DNA of 64,000 nt from Schizochytrium sp. TIO01. Its lineage: Eukaryota; Protista; Bigyra: Labyrinthulomycetes. The stretch spans positions 3,720,001-3,784,000 of the forward strand of contig SMSO01000025.1 of NCBI GenBank assembly GCA_004764695.1. Reading direction: 5' to 3'. Below the pieces are notes generated by a model. It did not search any database. It was given only the letters and a program-made list of their open reading frames with translations, and had not been told where the DNA came from. Positions 11,276-22,562 of this stretch are shown here, one piece after another. The translations under genes and the position numbers were made by a program. Within the stretch, counting starts at the first letter, position 1. Each line of letters starts with the position of its first letter.

Positions 11276-14200
11276 ATGCAGAGACCGAGTCGGTCTCGCG
11301 AGTCCAAGAGCGCTCGTGCGCAGCGCGAGGCGTTTGAGAAGCAGCGACGCATGCGTGAGCTGGGACTGCGAAATGCAGATCTGGACGAAAGCAGTGAAGA
11401 AGAGGATGATGACGGCCATGATGACATTCGTGGAGTGGATAACGACATTGGAGATTTTGTTGTAGATGATGATGGCACAGGGTACAAGGACTATGGTGAC
11501 GAAGATGACATCTTGGTTCCCGAAGACCCAGAAGATGTCAAAAACAAGCAACGCAAAAGCATGAAGGCTCGGCGCAAAGACGAGCTAGATGCACAGGAGG
11601 TTAATGGCACAACACACAAGCTCACAAGCATGTTTACCAAGATAGGCAAGAGGGCAAACGTTGTGGGCAATTCAACATCGACTTCTGCCCAGGCAGCTTC
11701 AGAAGAAGCTGCCGAACGCGCACTTAACGGCGACTCTTTTATGGACTCCATTGTCAGCGATCTCATGCAGTCTGCAGGCGGAAGTTCCGCAAAGAAGCGC
11801 AAGAAAAAGAGTGAGAAGAAGCTCAAGCGTGGCAAGAAGAAACAACGTGTTAAGCATCATGCAGCCCATGATGAAGATAACGAGGACGGTGATAGCCCTG
11901 TGTACAATGGAGACACTTATGGTGCAGGTCAAGACAGCGACGATGATGACGACAACCTTCACGGAATGGCAATGGACAACGACAGCGACGAAGATAATAA
12001 TAATGATATCCACAAGGAACAAAAGGATCATAGCGAAATCAAGGTTAAGGTTCAGGGTGCGACCAACAACGTTGACGTGAAAAGCGAGGACATGGAAGAA
12101 GAAGATGGATTGGCTGAAACTGAAAAGCAGGATGCCGATGATGCAGAAAACAACACCAAGGTTGTTTCTTCCAGTACAGCTGTCGAAGCTGCATCAAGCA
12201 GCGAAGTTGATGTAAAGACCGAAGCAATTGAATCTAGCAAACCCAGGTCTAAGTCTGCTCTTTTGGCTGCTGCCCGCAAGAAACCCGTGCGTAGTGCTCC
12301 AAAGCGCGTTGAGCCCACCACACCACCTCCGAACCCTCGTGGCGAAGCTGGTGTCACATTCATGACAACACCACCAGTAGGTATGCGTAAGCCCCCTGGC
12401 GCTGACGATGATGATACATCGGGATGGACCTCTACCAAGGCGCGTGCTGTAGATGCCGAAGAGGACTCTAACTCCTCATCTCAAGGTTCTACTGCGCCTT
12501 CCGCAGCATACAACGTCATGGATGACTTGCCTGAAAAGGATGGCCAGAAGTATATTGATTTATTCTGGCTCGACATTTATGAGAATTACTTTACAATGAA
12601 GGGCAGACTTCACATGTTTGGCAAGACTTGGTGCAAGCGTACTAAGCAATTCGTCAGTTGCTACGTCGAGGTAAGAAACATCAATCGTGTACTCTTTGTA
12701 TTACCTCGCGAACGTTACACAACCGATGATGGTGAGTCAAAGGAGGTTGAATTTCCTGATGTTCTCGATGAGGTTCAAGGTGTGGTGAACAAGGTCCTTC
12801 CTCTTGATCGCGATGCTGGCCGTCTTTTTCGCTGCCGTAAAACCTTACTTAAGTACGCTTTCGAGCTTCCAGATGTTCCTCGTGAGGAAACCGAATATCT
12901 TGAGGTGCAGTACCCCATGTGCGCGGAGAAAGACCGTTTGCCCTTTGACACTGAGGGTAAAACATTTTCGCGAATTTTCGGCACGCACCAAACGGGTGTC
13001 GAACAATTCTTGCTTTCCCGTGATCTTATGGGACCTTGCTGGGTTCGTATTTACGGTGTAGAGACGCCTAGCGATCGTGTTGCATCATGGTGCAAATACA
13101 ATTTTGTCGTCGAAAGCGAGAAAGCTGTCCATCCGCTGAAGGATGTGCTCGTTCGCGAAGCTGCGGCTGAAGCTGAAGAGAAGGGCACCGATGCAGCACC
13201 CATTGACTTGCCGCCTCCTCCACCCTTGCGTGTACTTTCTTTGTCACTGAAAACAAAGGTGGATGAGAAGAGCCACGAACACCAGATTATGGTCGTAAGT
13301 GGTCTTTTGCGTGACAATGTAGACCTTGTCAGTGAAACTCCGAAATGTGATGATCCCTCAAAAGCACGTGCATTTACTATTCTCCGGGGTGAGAATGGTG
13401 GCGCAGCATTTCCGGCAGGCTTTAAGGATGCAGTCAAGCGTCGTGGACCTCAGATCTCAGTTCAGCCGAGCGAGCGTGCTCTCTTGAGTTTCCTCATGGT
13501 GCAATTTCACAAACACGATCCTGATATGATCATTGGACACAACATTAGAAACTTCGAGATGGATGTTTTGCTTTCTCGTCTGTCGAAGCTGAATATTGGA
13601 TTGCCTTGGTCTAAGATTGGTCGTTTGAAGATGTCCAAGATGCCTGGTCGACGATCTGATGGTGGTGGTTTTTTCTCAAGTGCAAATTTGACCCCTGGGC
13701 GTCTCTTGCTTGATACTTACACAACTGCGCGCGAGCTTTTGCTTGGCCAACGTAGCTACACATTGCAAGAACTCTGCCGTACGCAGCTTAATAAGGAGCG
13801 CCACGAAGTAACGCCTATTCAAGTGCCCCAATTTTACCAGGATAAGGAATGGCTCTTCCGTCTGGTGCAGCGTAATGAGGCTGATGCCTGGCTCACGCTC
13901 CTTCTCGCCTTCAAGCTCGAAGCTGTGCCTTTGACTTTACAACTGAGTAACCTGGGTGGTAACCTTTGGTCACGGACATTATCTGGTGGACGTGCTGAGC
14001 GAATTGAACATCTACTTCTGCATGAATTTCACCGTCAAGGTTACGTATTGCCGGATAAGGTTTATGGCGATAACGACAAAAAGAACAAGCCCAAGGGTGG
14101 TGCAAAGGGTGGTAATAAATCCGGGGGGCTTGACGATGACGATGACAATGAGGCAAAGAAGAACAACAAGTCCCGTTCTTCTATGCGGAAACCTAAGTAT

Positions 14201-16294
14201 GATGGTGGTCTAGTCTTGGAGCCCAAGAAGGGACTTTACGACAAATACATCCTACTGTTGGATTTCAACTCTCTGTACCCTTCAATTATTCAGGAGTACA
14301 ACATTTGTTATACAACGGTAGAACGATCTCGCAGCTCTGGTCTGGAAGATGATCCTGCTGATGTACAAGAGCACATGGATGATGACGAAGAGAACCATGG
14401 TGTAGATGTGAACTTGGACGATCTTGATGCTATTCCTGAGCTGCCCGATCGCGCCCGTTATCCAGACTTGGCAATTCTACCATCTTTGATCAAAACGTTG
14501 GTGGATCGCCGTCGTCTTGTGAAGCAAGCCCTAAAGTCTGAGCGTGACCCTAGCAAGCTCAAGCAGCTTGACGTCCGGCAGAAGGCCCTGAAGCTCACTG
14601 CTAACTCTATGTATGGTTGCCTTGGTTTCAAGGGCTTCCGCTTCTTTGCTCGCCCTGTCGCTGCATTAGTCACCTCGCAGGGTCGTTCCATTCTTCAAAA
14701 CACTGTCGATATCACTCAGGATAAACTCGGTCTGGAGGTCATTTATGGTGATACTGATTCCATTATGATCAACACGGGAACCACGGATCTTGAGGCTGTG
14801 AACCGCATCGGTCAGCGCGTGAAGCAGGAAATCAACAAGCTCTATAACTTGCTCGAAATTGAGCAAGATGGTGTGTTCAAGTCGATGCTACTTCTCAAGA
14901 AGAAGAAGTATGCTGCTTTGACAATCAAGGAGGTCAAGGGACCGAACGGCGAGAAACAAATTATCGAGGAGAAAGAAACCAAGGGTCTTGATCTTGTGCG
15001 TCGTGATTGGTGTCAGCTCTCAAAGGACATTGGTCACGCTGTGCTAGATCACGTGCTCTCCGGTAAACCATACGACGAAGTTGTTGATGGTATATACAAG
15101 TGCTTAGACACTGTGCACGAAGAGATCAAGGCTAACTCCATCCCTCTCGAAAAGTTTGTTATTACAAAGGGACTTAACAAAAACCCTCGTGATTACCCTG
15201 ATGTGAAGAGTCAACCTCACCTTCAAGTTGCTCTTGCAATGATCGAGCGCAACAAACCTGTTAGTGTCGGCGACCATATTCCTTATGTCATTTGTACCAT
15301 GACAAGGGATGATTACAAGACAAAGCTCGCAGCATTTGAAGCAAGTGGAAACAAGATAAAGACTGAAGAGGGTGGCGAAATGGCAGATGCAGAGGACGAG
15401 GATCCTCTTCGCTCTTCTCCTTCGTCATCAAACAGCTCATATGCGCAACGTGCATTTCATCCTGACGAAGTGAAGGAAGATCCATCTGGTGTTCTCAAGG
15501 TGGATGTTGAGTGGTACTTGAAGATGCAGATTGTTCCTCCCACGCGGCGTTTGTGTGAGCCCATCGAGGGCACATCTCCTGGACAAATTGCTGAACACCT
15601 CGGCCTCGATCCTGCGGCATTCCAAGGTGGCTCAAGTCATACTCTCTCTGCCGAGGACGAAGACCTCCTTAATATTGTGGACATGCCTGATGCTGATCGC
15701 TTTAAGGCTTGTGACCGCGTGATGGTCACTTGCGATAATTGCGAATTGGAGCACCCGTTCCTTGGCGTGGTTGCTCTTCCCCAGGAGCTGTCTAAAATTA
15801 TTCCTGAGAAGCAACAACAAAGCAATGCTGCACAAAGTGGTCTGCATTGCCCCAAGTGTGAGCATCCCATCGACCTTGCCTACTTGGCAAATGTACTGCA
15901 CTTAACGGCACGCGCGGCTGTTAAGAAGTACTACGAGGGCTGGCTACTTGCAGACGATCCTTCGGCTGATTTGCGCACTCGCCAGCAATCTGTTATTGGA
16001 CGTTCCTTTACTATGAATGGTCGTCGTGTACAGCTCGTTCCCGAGTATCGCGCATCAACACTGTATACCCAGCTCCGTTATCTAGAGAGCCTTGTTAATG
16101 CACCACATGCTTTGGAGGATCTCAAGAAACATTACAGTCATGGACATAATAAGGTCACCCCACCACCAGCTCTCTCCCAAGACGAGCACGAAGCTTTGGC
16201 TGAAGTACAAACAAGTCTGTCTGAAAAGTATCTAAATCGTAGTGCATACAACTGGGTTCAGCCTGATCTCTTTCTGCGGGCTTTTCGTCTTTGA
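11276..16294 (+). CDS. POLA1: DNA polymerase alpha catalytic subunit (family B), 1672 aa
   Basis: Pol alpha N-terminal motif (DFVVDDDGTGYKDYG), LDFNSLYPSIIQEYNICYTT, QKALKLTANSMYGCLG, YGDTDS, KGLDLVRRDWC, C-terminal CDNC..CPKC zinc site and LYTQLRYL. Intronless. Confidence 0.98.
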   Translation: MQRPSRSRESKSARAQREAFEKQRRMRELGLRNADLDESSEEEDDDGHDDIRGVDNDIGDFVVDDDGTGYKDYGDEDDILVPEDPEDVKNKQRKSMKARRKDELDAQEVNGTTHKLTSMFTKIGKRANVVGNSTSTSAQAASEEAAERALNGDSFMDSIVSDLMQSAGGSSAKKRKKKSEKKLKRGKKKQRVKHHAAHDEDNEDGDSPVYNGDTYGAGQDSDDDDDNLHGMAMDNDSDEDNNNDIHKEQKDHSEIKVKVQGATNNVDVKSEDMEEEDGLAETEKQDADDAENNTKVVSSSTAVEAASSSEVDVKTEAIESSKPRSKSALLAAARKKPVRSAPKRVEPTTPPPNPRGEAGVTFMTTPPVGMRKPPGADDDDTSGWTSTKARAVDAEEDSNSSSQGSTAPSAAYNVMDDLPEKDGQKYIDLFWLDIYENYFTMKGRLHMFGKTWCKRTKQFVSCYVEVRNINRVLFVLPRERYTTDDGESKEVEFPDVLDEVQGVVNKVLPLDRDAGRLFRCRKTLLKYAFELPDVPREETEYLEVQYPMCAEKDRLPFDTEGKTFSRIFGTHQTGVEQFLLSRDLMGPCWVRIYGVETPSDRVASWCKYNFVVESEKAVHPLKDVLVREAAAEAEEKGTDAAPIDLPPPPPLRVLSLSLKTKVDEKSHEHQIMVVSGLLRDNVDLVSETPKCDDPSKARAFTILRGENGGAAFPAGFKDAVKRRGPQISVQPSERALLSFLMVQFHKHDPDMIIGHNIRNFEMDVLLSRLSKLNIGLPWSKIGRLKMSKMPGRRSDGGGFFSSANLTPGRLLLDTYTTARELLLGQRSYTLQELCRTQLNKERHEVTPIQVPQFYQDKEWLFRLVQRNEADAWLTLLLAFKLEAVPLTLQLSNLGGNLWSRTLSGGRAERIEHLLLHEFHRQGYVLPDKVYGDNDKKNKPKGGAKGGNKSGGLDDDDDNEAKKNNKSRSSMRKPKYDGGLVLEPKKGLYDKYILLLDFNSLYPSIIQEYNICYTTVERSRSSGLEDDPADVQEHMDDDEENHGVDVNLDDLDAIPELPDRARYPDLAILPSLIKTLVDRRRLVKQALKSERDPSKLKQLDVRQKALKLTANSMYGCLGFKGFRFFARPVAALVTSQGRSILQNTVDITQDKLGLEVIYGDTDSIMINTGTTDLEAVNRIGQRVKQEINKLYNLLEIEQDGVFKSMLLLKKKKYAALTIKEVKGPNGEKQIIEEKETKGLDLVRRDWCQLSKDIGHAVLDHVLSGKPYDEVVDGIYKCLDTVHEEIKANSIPLEKFVITKGLNKNPRDYPDVKSQPHLQVALAMIERNKPVSVGDHIPYVICTMTRDDYKTKLAAFEASGNKIKTEEGGEMADAEDEDPLRSSPSSSNSSYAQRAFHPDEVKEDPSGVLKVDVEWYLKMQIVPPTRRLCEPIEGTSPGQIAEHLGLDPAAFQGGSSHTLSAEDEDLLNIVDMPDADRFKACDRVMVTCDNCELEHPFLGVVALPQELSKIIPEKQQQSNAAQSGLHCPKCEHPIDLAYLANVLHLTARAAVKKYYEGWLLADDPSADLRTRQQSVIGRSFTMNGRRVQLVPEYRASTLYTQLRYLESLVNAPHALEDLKKHYSHGHNKVTPPPALSQDEHEALAEVQTSLSEKYLNRSAYNWVQPDLFLRAFRL

Positions 16295-17151
16295 GTGAAC
16301 TTATCTAGCCATACTTACCTGCCATACATTCGCAAAAAAAAAAAAGAGAAGAAGAGACATTAAAACATTCCTTTCATTTACATATAAATCAGAACTTATC
16401 TAGATTCCAGTTACTGTCCTTCATCCGCACATGTATAATTTAAATATCAGTTCAATGAAGCTAGATATAGAACAAGCTAATTTAATCGAAGTTATTGCCT
16501 TCCCAGCTGCCTCTTTTCAACATGTTGCCTATGCATGCAAAGAGTTTTGCAAGAGCTCATTTCTGGCCTTGAATATCAGAATGCATGTAAGAATGCCAGG
16601 CCCGAAAGAACCACAATCAATTTCATTCCCTCTGGCGCAAATTAAGGATTTATCAGTTTGGGCTTCATCGAAATCTCCTAGACCATGATACCTACGAAGA
16701 ACTCCTTCCAGATCACGTCAGTTCTTTGTTTCTAATTTTTCTTTTAGTTTCTTGAATTCCGGTCCTTGTGAAAATCAACCGTCTCTAATCTTGTTCATTA
16801 TTATGTATGGCTTGCCATTTTCTAGTTGGTCGCTTAGCGATCCCTTGCCGTCTTGCAGCCTAGGCATACATACATACATACATACGGGCAGGCAGGCAGA
16901 CAGACAACTTTAAAGCTATGACTATAGCTTTATCTGATACAGTTTAGTTTCGTCTCTCGATCTCTAAGTCATACTGTCTATACAAACGACTAGTATAAAA
17001 GAGAACCGAGGACAGACCACACCAGATCCTTTCCAAGCGTGGAAACAATACCTCGCGAGATCCGACGGTGTGTCGTTGGATTCCTCGCGAGAGTGTTGTC
17101 AAACCCAGGCCAACCGGCGTGTTCAAATTCTGTTGCCGCAACTGCCACACA

Positions 17152-18261
17152 ATGGCTTTTTGCCTGAAGAGCGCCAAGCTCTCTGCGCTGGTGCTCATGG
17201 CGCTCATGAGCCTCGTGGGCCTGGGCCTGGTTTTCGCCAGACTGGAGCACTGCGAAGACTCGCAGATGACCGCAGAAGGAAGCTGTCTTGATCCGGATAG
17301 TCCTGGTTACGATGTGAGTTCCCTGGAAAGCGAGCCAGCCAGCCCAGGAATGGAGGAAAATCCAGCGTCTCCAACGGCAGTGGTTTGCGACCCAGACCAT
17401 GTGATCACATCTTCTCGCGTAGTGGCGATTGCAGATGTACATGGGGACTTAGAGAGGCTCGAGACGGCTTTGGAGAGGGCTAAACTTGTCAACGAGGCCT
17501 CCAGGGCCGAGGACAGACACTGGACTGGCGGTAACACAGTGCTGGTACAAACGGGAGACATCATGGATCGTGGTCCTGACACATTTCGAATTTTCAAGTT
17601 TTTGAAGCGATTGCGGCGCGAGGCTTCAGATGCTGGTGGCTGCGTCGTACATCTGTTGGGAAATCATGAGCTGATGAACCTCGCGGGCGATATGCGGTAT
17701 GCGCACCCTCAGGAAACGGAAAACTTTGGTGGGCAGAGTGCAAGGAGGTCAAAACTTAATGTCAATTCAAAACTCGGGAGTTACTTGCGCAAACTCCCGG
17801 TGGTGGCTCGTGTAACCTATCGCGATGAAGAAGATCCAGCGAAGGAGTTTACTACAGTGTTTGCACATGCTGGAATCCCTTCATGGCTGGCCGAGTCAAG
17901 CTCGGTTGCGGAAATCAATGCCAAATTCTATGATGCTTTGATTGATGCTGACGAGCGCACAGTACAACGCTTATCAGTAACAAGTAAACTGTTCCTTGGC
18001 CAAGGGCCTCTTTGGACACGTAAATATGCAGAAAGGAATGAACAAGAAGTCTGTCGCGAATTGGATCGTACGTTGGGCCATCTCAGCGCAGACCGCATGC
18101 TCGTTGGTCACACAGTGCAGCAAACTGGACAACCAACGATTCGCTGCAGTGGGCGTTTGGTTCTGGCAGATACAGGAATGAGCCGTGCTTACGGTGGAGG
18201 ATACTCTTTAGTGGAGTTTTCAGCGCATGAGATTTCTTTGCCAATGCTCCAAGTCGCATGA
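17152..18261 (+). CDS. Shewanella-like protein phosphatase (SLP/Shelph; calcineurin-like metallophosphoesterase) with N-terminal signal/anchor
   Basis: ADVHGD, VQTGDIMDRG, LGNHE, HAG, GPLWTR, GHT and DTGMS (the SLP-type DxG motif). First ATG at 17152 is followed by a hydrophobic stretch, LSALVLMALMSLVGLGLVF. Confidence 0.92.
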   Translation: MAFCLKSAKLSALVLMALMSLVGLGLVFARLEHCEDSQMTAEGSCLDPDSPGYDVSSLESEPASPGMEENPASPTAVVCDPDHVITSSRVVAIADVHGDLERLETALERAKLVNEASRAEDRHWTGGNTVLVQTGDIMDRGPDTFRIFKFLKRLRREASDAGGCVVHLLGNHELMNLAGDMRYAHPQETENFGGQSARRSKLNVNSKLGSYLRKLPVVARVTYRDEEDPAKEFTTVFAHAGIPSWLAESSSVAEINAKFYDALIDADERTVQRLSVTSKLFLGQGPLWTRKYAERNEQEVCRELDRTLGHLSADRMLVGHTVQQTGQPTIRCSGRLVLADTGMSRAYGGGYSLVEFSAHEISLPMLQVA

Positions 18262-18965
18262 TGAGGTTCTAATAAACCTTGCGCGAGATAAATGGAGCCG
18301 GCTATTTTAGTTCGGACAGTTAAGTATGAATCACTTGGATGCAAAGAGGAGGGAGGCTACACTAGAGTAAATCTTCCTTTACCTGGCGAAAACTATCGCG
18401 AAGAGGAAAAATGATTCTTTCTTGGTATATGATGCGACGAGCAAACCACAGCTTGCGGTACTTGGCAGCAAATATATTTATGCTGATCTCTGTTTTTCTA
18501 GTTGAAGATAATTTACTAGTCTGCATTATTTTTGGTTGATGGAGAGGCACCTGCTGCAGGGACCTGGCTGGAGTTCAACATTCTATATTTTTGTTTCTCT
18601 TCGTTGGCACTCAACAAACGCAGTTGAGTGGACAACCAAGAAGAAGTCACCGACATGGTTCAAGGAGAAAGCACACATGTTTTAAAACCATTGCAAGCAA
18701 GAGCTGGTATTTTTTTTTGTAGAAGAAAGAATGAATAGAATATATATCATCACAGAACATGAAATTAGTAAAGTTGAAAGAGAGTGTTATGGTTGCAGAG
18801 AGGAAAGTACAAAATGTTTTGGTTGTTGCGAGCAAATGTCCGATTTATAAATGCAAAAAGGGTACTTACAGAAAAGACAAAACAAAACGGAAAGCGGGGT
18901 GACTTGGTAGGAGACAATATTGCAGGTAAAGCACCGCGGCAACGGGATAAAATCTGCAAGAAATT

Positions 18966-20309
18966 TTAAGAGTAAGTGACAACCTTGCGAGGGGGTTCAT
19001 CGGATGTGCTACGTCCAGACGCGGACAACACGACTGTGGCGAGCAACTTGATGAAAAGAATTGTGGCAAGAAACATATCCCAGTATGTAACATCGCTGGC
19101 AGCACGCTTGTTAAGGTTGCGCTTAGCAAGCGGTTGGTTAGATCTGGTGACATTGGTTGCACGTCGAATCTGAGGGTAATGCGGATGCTGCGCATGCGCA
19201 ACAGATGCAGCAGAAGAGGCAGGGTCCATGCTATCCGACGCTTGCTTAACCCTTACACCAGCACGACGTCTGCCCGGTACGCACGAGGAAGGCGACATGT
19301 AAGATGGGAACGTTGTATTGTTTGGGCCGTGTGAGGACATCGGAGCGGAGGACGATGCCGAGGCATAGTGAACACTCATTGGCGTGGGGGGCACGTTAAA
19401 GTGTGATGAATCTCCTCGGGCGTCAGAGCTTTCAGCAGTGCGCCAAGAGTTGCTCGCGAACATCATTTCTCCAAACTCGTCGTGTGCAATGCACTTGAGG
19501 TCAGGGCGAAGGCGCTTCATGTGCCGCCGCCTACCGATGGCGCGAAATGCTTGGCGTTTATCCTCGCGTTCCTCAGAACTAAGATCATATTCGATGACGG
19601 TGACGTCTTCAACAAACATGGTTCGGCGAGACGGAGATTTTTCTTCGGTGACGACTTTGCCATCATCACTACTTTCATCATGGCACTCAGGGTCCGCATT
19701 GTAGCCGCCGTCTGTTGTGGCTGCCGCAAGGGCGGCCTTCGGGGGAAGTCGCGTAGCTGTTTGGTTGTCCTGTGGTGCTGCAATGAGAGTGAGATGTGGT
19801 TTGCGCGCCTCCCTCCTTTTCTCGACGGATGGGACACATTCCGTAATAATGCAGTGGTTCTTGCCTTTGAGGTTTCGGATGCCGTTGCTGTTGTTTGGGG
19901 TGCGGAGGAACTCGCCCTTGCCGACATCGGGTTTAATGTTGAAATTAAAATCCAGATTTTCGTGGCCTACGGTCTCCTCCGGCGTAAGTTCCGGTGCATT
20001 AACATCTTGCTGTTGATGCTGTTGTTCGTGCGGGAGGTTGCCTCGGCGCCGCCTCCGTTGTGCCTGATGTTCGGCTCTAGAGTGTCCATCTCCAATGTTC
20101 TTGTTTGATTTGCGTCTCTGGTCCTGCTGTCTCTGTGGTTGTTGGTGGTGCTGGTCCTCGTGTGCCGCTCTTACTACAACTTGAAGGTTTCGTCGTTGGT
20201 GCATGGCAAGGCGTTCTGGTCTGAGGTTGGGGTTTTCACTAGCGGGACCCGAGTCGTCCACGGCTGCCATGAGGACTTCATGGCGCATGTCTTTCGCAGC
20301 CTTGCACAT
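18966..20309 (-). CDS. Hypothetical protein (~447 aa), largely disordered, with a hydrophobic segment near the C-terminus
   Basis: Longest ORF in the region. ATG at 20309 sits in an AACAAAATG context. Q/H/R-rich low complexity, one ordered-looking block (RRTMFVEDVTVIEYDLSSEEREDKRQAFRAI) and a TM-like segment (MFLATILFIKLLATVVL). No recognised family. Confidence 0.7.
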   Translation of the reverse strand: MCKAAKDMRHEVLMAAVDDSGPASENPNLRPERLAMHQRRNLQVVVRAAHEDQHHQQPQRQQDQRRKSNKNIGDGHSRAEHQAQRRRRRGNLPHEQQHQQQDVNAPELTPEETVGHENLDFNFNIKPDVGKGEFLRTPNNSNGIRNLKGKNHCIITECVPSVEKRREARKPHLTLIAAPQDNQTATRLPPKAALAAATTDGGYNADPECHDESSDDGKVVTEEKSPSRRTMFVEDVTVIEYDLSSEEREDKRQAFRAIGRRRHMKRLRPDLKCIAHDEFGEMMFASNSWRTAESSDARGDSSHFNVPPTPMSVHYASASSSAPMSSHGPNNTTFPSYMSPSSCVPGRRRAGVRVKQASDSMDPASSAASVAHAQHPHYPQIRRATNVTRSNQPLAKRNLNKRAASDVTYWDMFLATILFIKLLATVVLSASGRSTSDEPPRKVVTYS

Positions 20310-22049
20310 TTTGTTGCGATGCGGCAGCCGCCTTGCCGCCGCTCCTGCAGTTGCTTCTGGTGCTGTCGTCTTGTTGGTTTGCTGCGCTGCAATGCGCAGC
20401 ACTGCGTCACTGCTCTTTCCTCAGTTATGCTTTTGTATTTCTTTGTTTTCTCTTTTTTATTATTTTTTTCTTTCTTCCGCGGATTGATTAGGGGTTGTTG
20501 TAGGCACTTCTACCCTTCTACCAGAGAAAGAAGACTCGCGCGACCTCCACTCAAGCGAGAGCTTAGACAGTAATTGAGTCGAGGGTCCTTTGAAAATTTA
20601 TGACCAGCCAATGATATATCAACCGACCTGGTTGCCTGAGGATATTGACTCCGTCAATATCCCCTCCACGCCCTCCTGAAGATCGAATGAGCGCGTGATA
20701 ATCAAACCGCCGTGCTGACGATCGATTGATTTCCGATTTGCTGCCCGCGCTGTAGGCGCTCTGGCGAAGTGAAATGAAATGCGATGAACCAAAGAACTAA
20801 AATGGAAGTGAGTTGACGAAAGAAAGAAAGAAAGAAAGAAAGAAAGAGGTAAAAAAGAGCTAAAAAGAAAAGTAAAAGAAAGACTGGATGAAAAAGAAAG
20901 AAAGAAAGAAAGCCTTTTCCGATTTCTTTTTTCACTTCTTCTCTTCCTCTTGTTTCTTCCTTCTTTTCTTTCTCCTCTCTTTTCGATTTCTCTTTTAGTG
21001 AGCTCGCTATCGCCAGACAGGACCAAAATCAGGGCGGTCAGGCAGTGGTCAACCAGAGGAAGGGAAACTCAAGAGCGAAATAGGAGCAAGAGTCTCTCTC
21101 AGGGATTCAACCGAAGCCTGTGGATACCGCTGTGTGGCACGTACTCACTCCTCGCCGACTCACCTTCTTCTCCTTTCTATGATCGATCGCTTTCTTCAAG
21201 TTGCTTCAGGAAAGAAACCACAACCACAACAAAATCAATCAAACACAGCCGCGTAGCCGCACGAATCGTCAGCCCCTCGACCCGAAAGAAATCTAACTAA
21301 CGACGAAGACAACCAAGTGCCAATTGAAACCTCTTTCCTGTCTCACGACAAGTAGTGCCCAGAGGTCGTTCGTTGTCGCGAGGATTGTTTGTTTGTTTGT
21401 TTGTTTGATCGATTGATTGATTGATCGAGCGATGATCGAGCGAAGCCCTCACCACCACTACTGCAGGCAAGAACTCTACAGAGCCCACGGCCACTCAGTG
21501 GAAATCGAGTCTCCGACCAGCCAGCCAGTGCACCAGCAGCAGCGCAAAAAGCCGCCGCAGCCGCAGCCGACAGGGGTCCGGCTTGTCCTGGTCGCGAAGG
21601 AAGTCGCCAGCGCCACTGCTCTCCTCCTCCTCCTCCCCGTCGCTCGTTCGTATGCCGTAGCGGGCGCTCAGTGGGCGCGAGGCGGCGGATTGGAGTCCTG
21701 CGATTGAGAACTGGATCGGGATCTCTCTCTGTCTAGCCCCTGTTGGCTTGGTTTGTTCGCCTTGTTAGCTGTTGTTGTTGTTATATAGCTGGCTGGCTAG
21801 GTATCGATCGATCTATTTACGATAGATCGACGGTCTGTTGGCCACTCTGACTCTGTCTGTGTTCTTTCGCCTTGCCACTCCAATGCGCGAGAGTGAAAGA
21901 AAGAGAGCGATGGACGGTCGATTATCTTTCTCTTGGCTGCGTCTGTTTGCCTCTGCTTTCTTCCAGGATCCTCCCTTTTCTCCGTAACAGGTACCTACCT
22001 ACTTACTGCTTACTGGAACAACAGAGTAAAGAAGGAGGTGAAAAGAAAC

Positions 22050-22080
<31 letters not shown>

Positions 22081-22491
22081 AAATCTTTCTTTCTTTCTTT
22101 CTTTCCTTCCTAATCCAACAACGGGAAGGAAGGCAATCAGATGTAAGTAATATCTATGAGACTGCTCTCACCGCTTGGGAAGAGGGGCGAAGAAAGAAGA
22201 AAGAAAGAAAGAAAGAAAAGAAAGAAAGAAAGACACGATATGCCAAGCGGCCTAGAAGGAAGAAGGCAGGAGGATGCGAAAGAGTGCGAGGTCAATCAAT
22301 CAATCGATCAATCAATCAATCAAAAAGATAGATCGATTAGCTGCTGCTCGCAATCAACGTGAAGCAATCCCAGGCGTCGCAGCCAATGACAGACAGATAG
22401 TTGGACCGATCGATCAAAACAGTGCCACCCAAAGACAACGAGCGGCTCGCGAATCTCCAAAGGCAACAAAAGGATGCCGCTGTTGTTGCTT

Positions 22492-22562
22492 ATGAATGAA
22501 TGAATGAATGAATGAATCGATCGATCGATCGATCGACCAGCCAGCCTGCTAGCTAGCTAGCT
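22492..22562. repeat. Compound microsatellite (ATGA)n-(ATCG)n-(CCAG)n-(CTAG)n
   Basis: Read directly. Confidence 0.9.

Noticed and set aside
327-18261. IMPDH, POLA1 and the phosphatase as a nucleotide/replication gene cluster or viral insert
   Set aside because: All are host-type genes with mixed orientation and unrelated neighbours. The polymerase is clearly cellular Pol alpha, and there are no viral hallmark genes.
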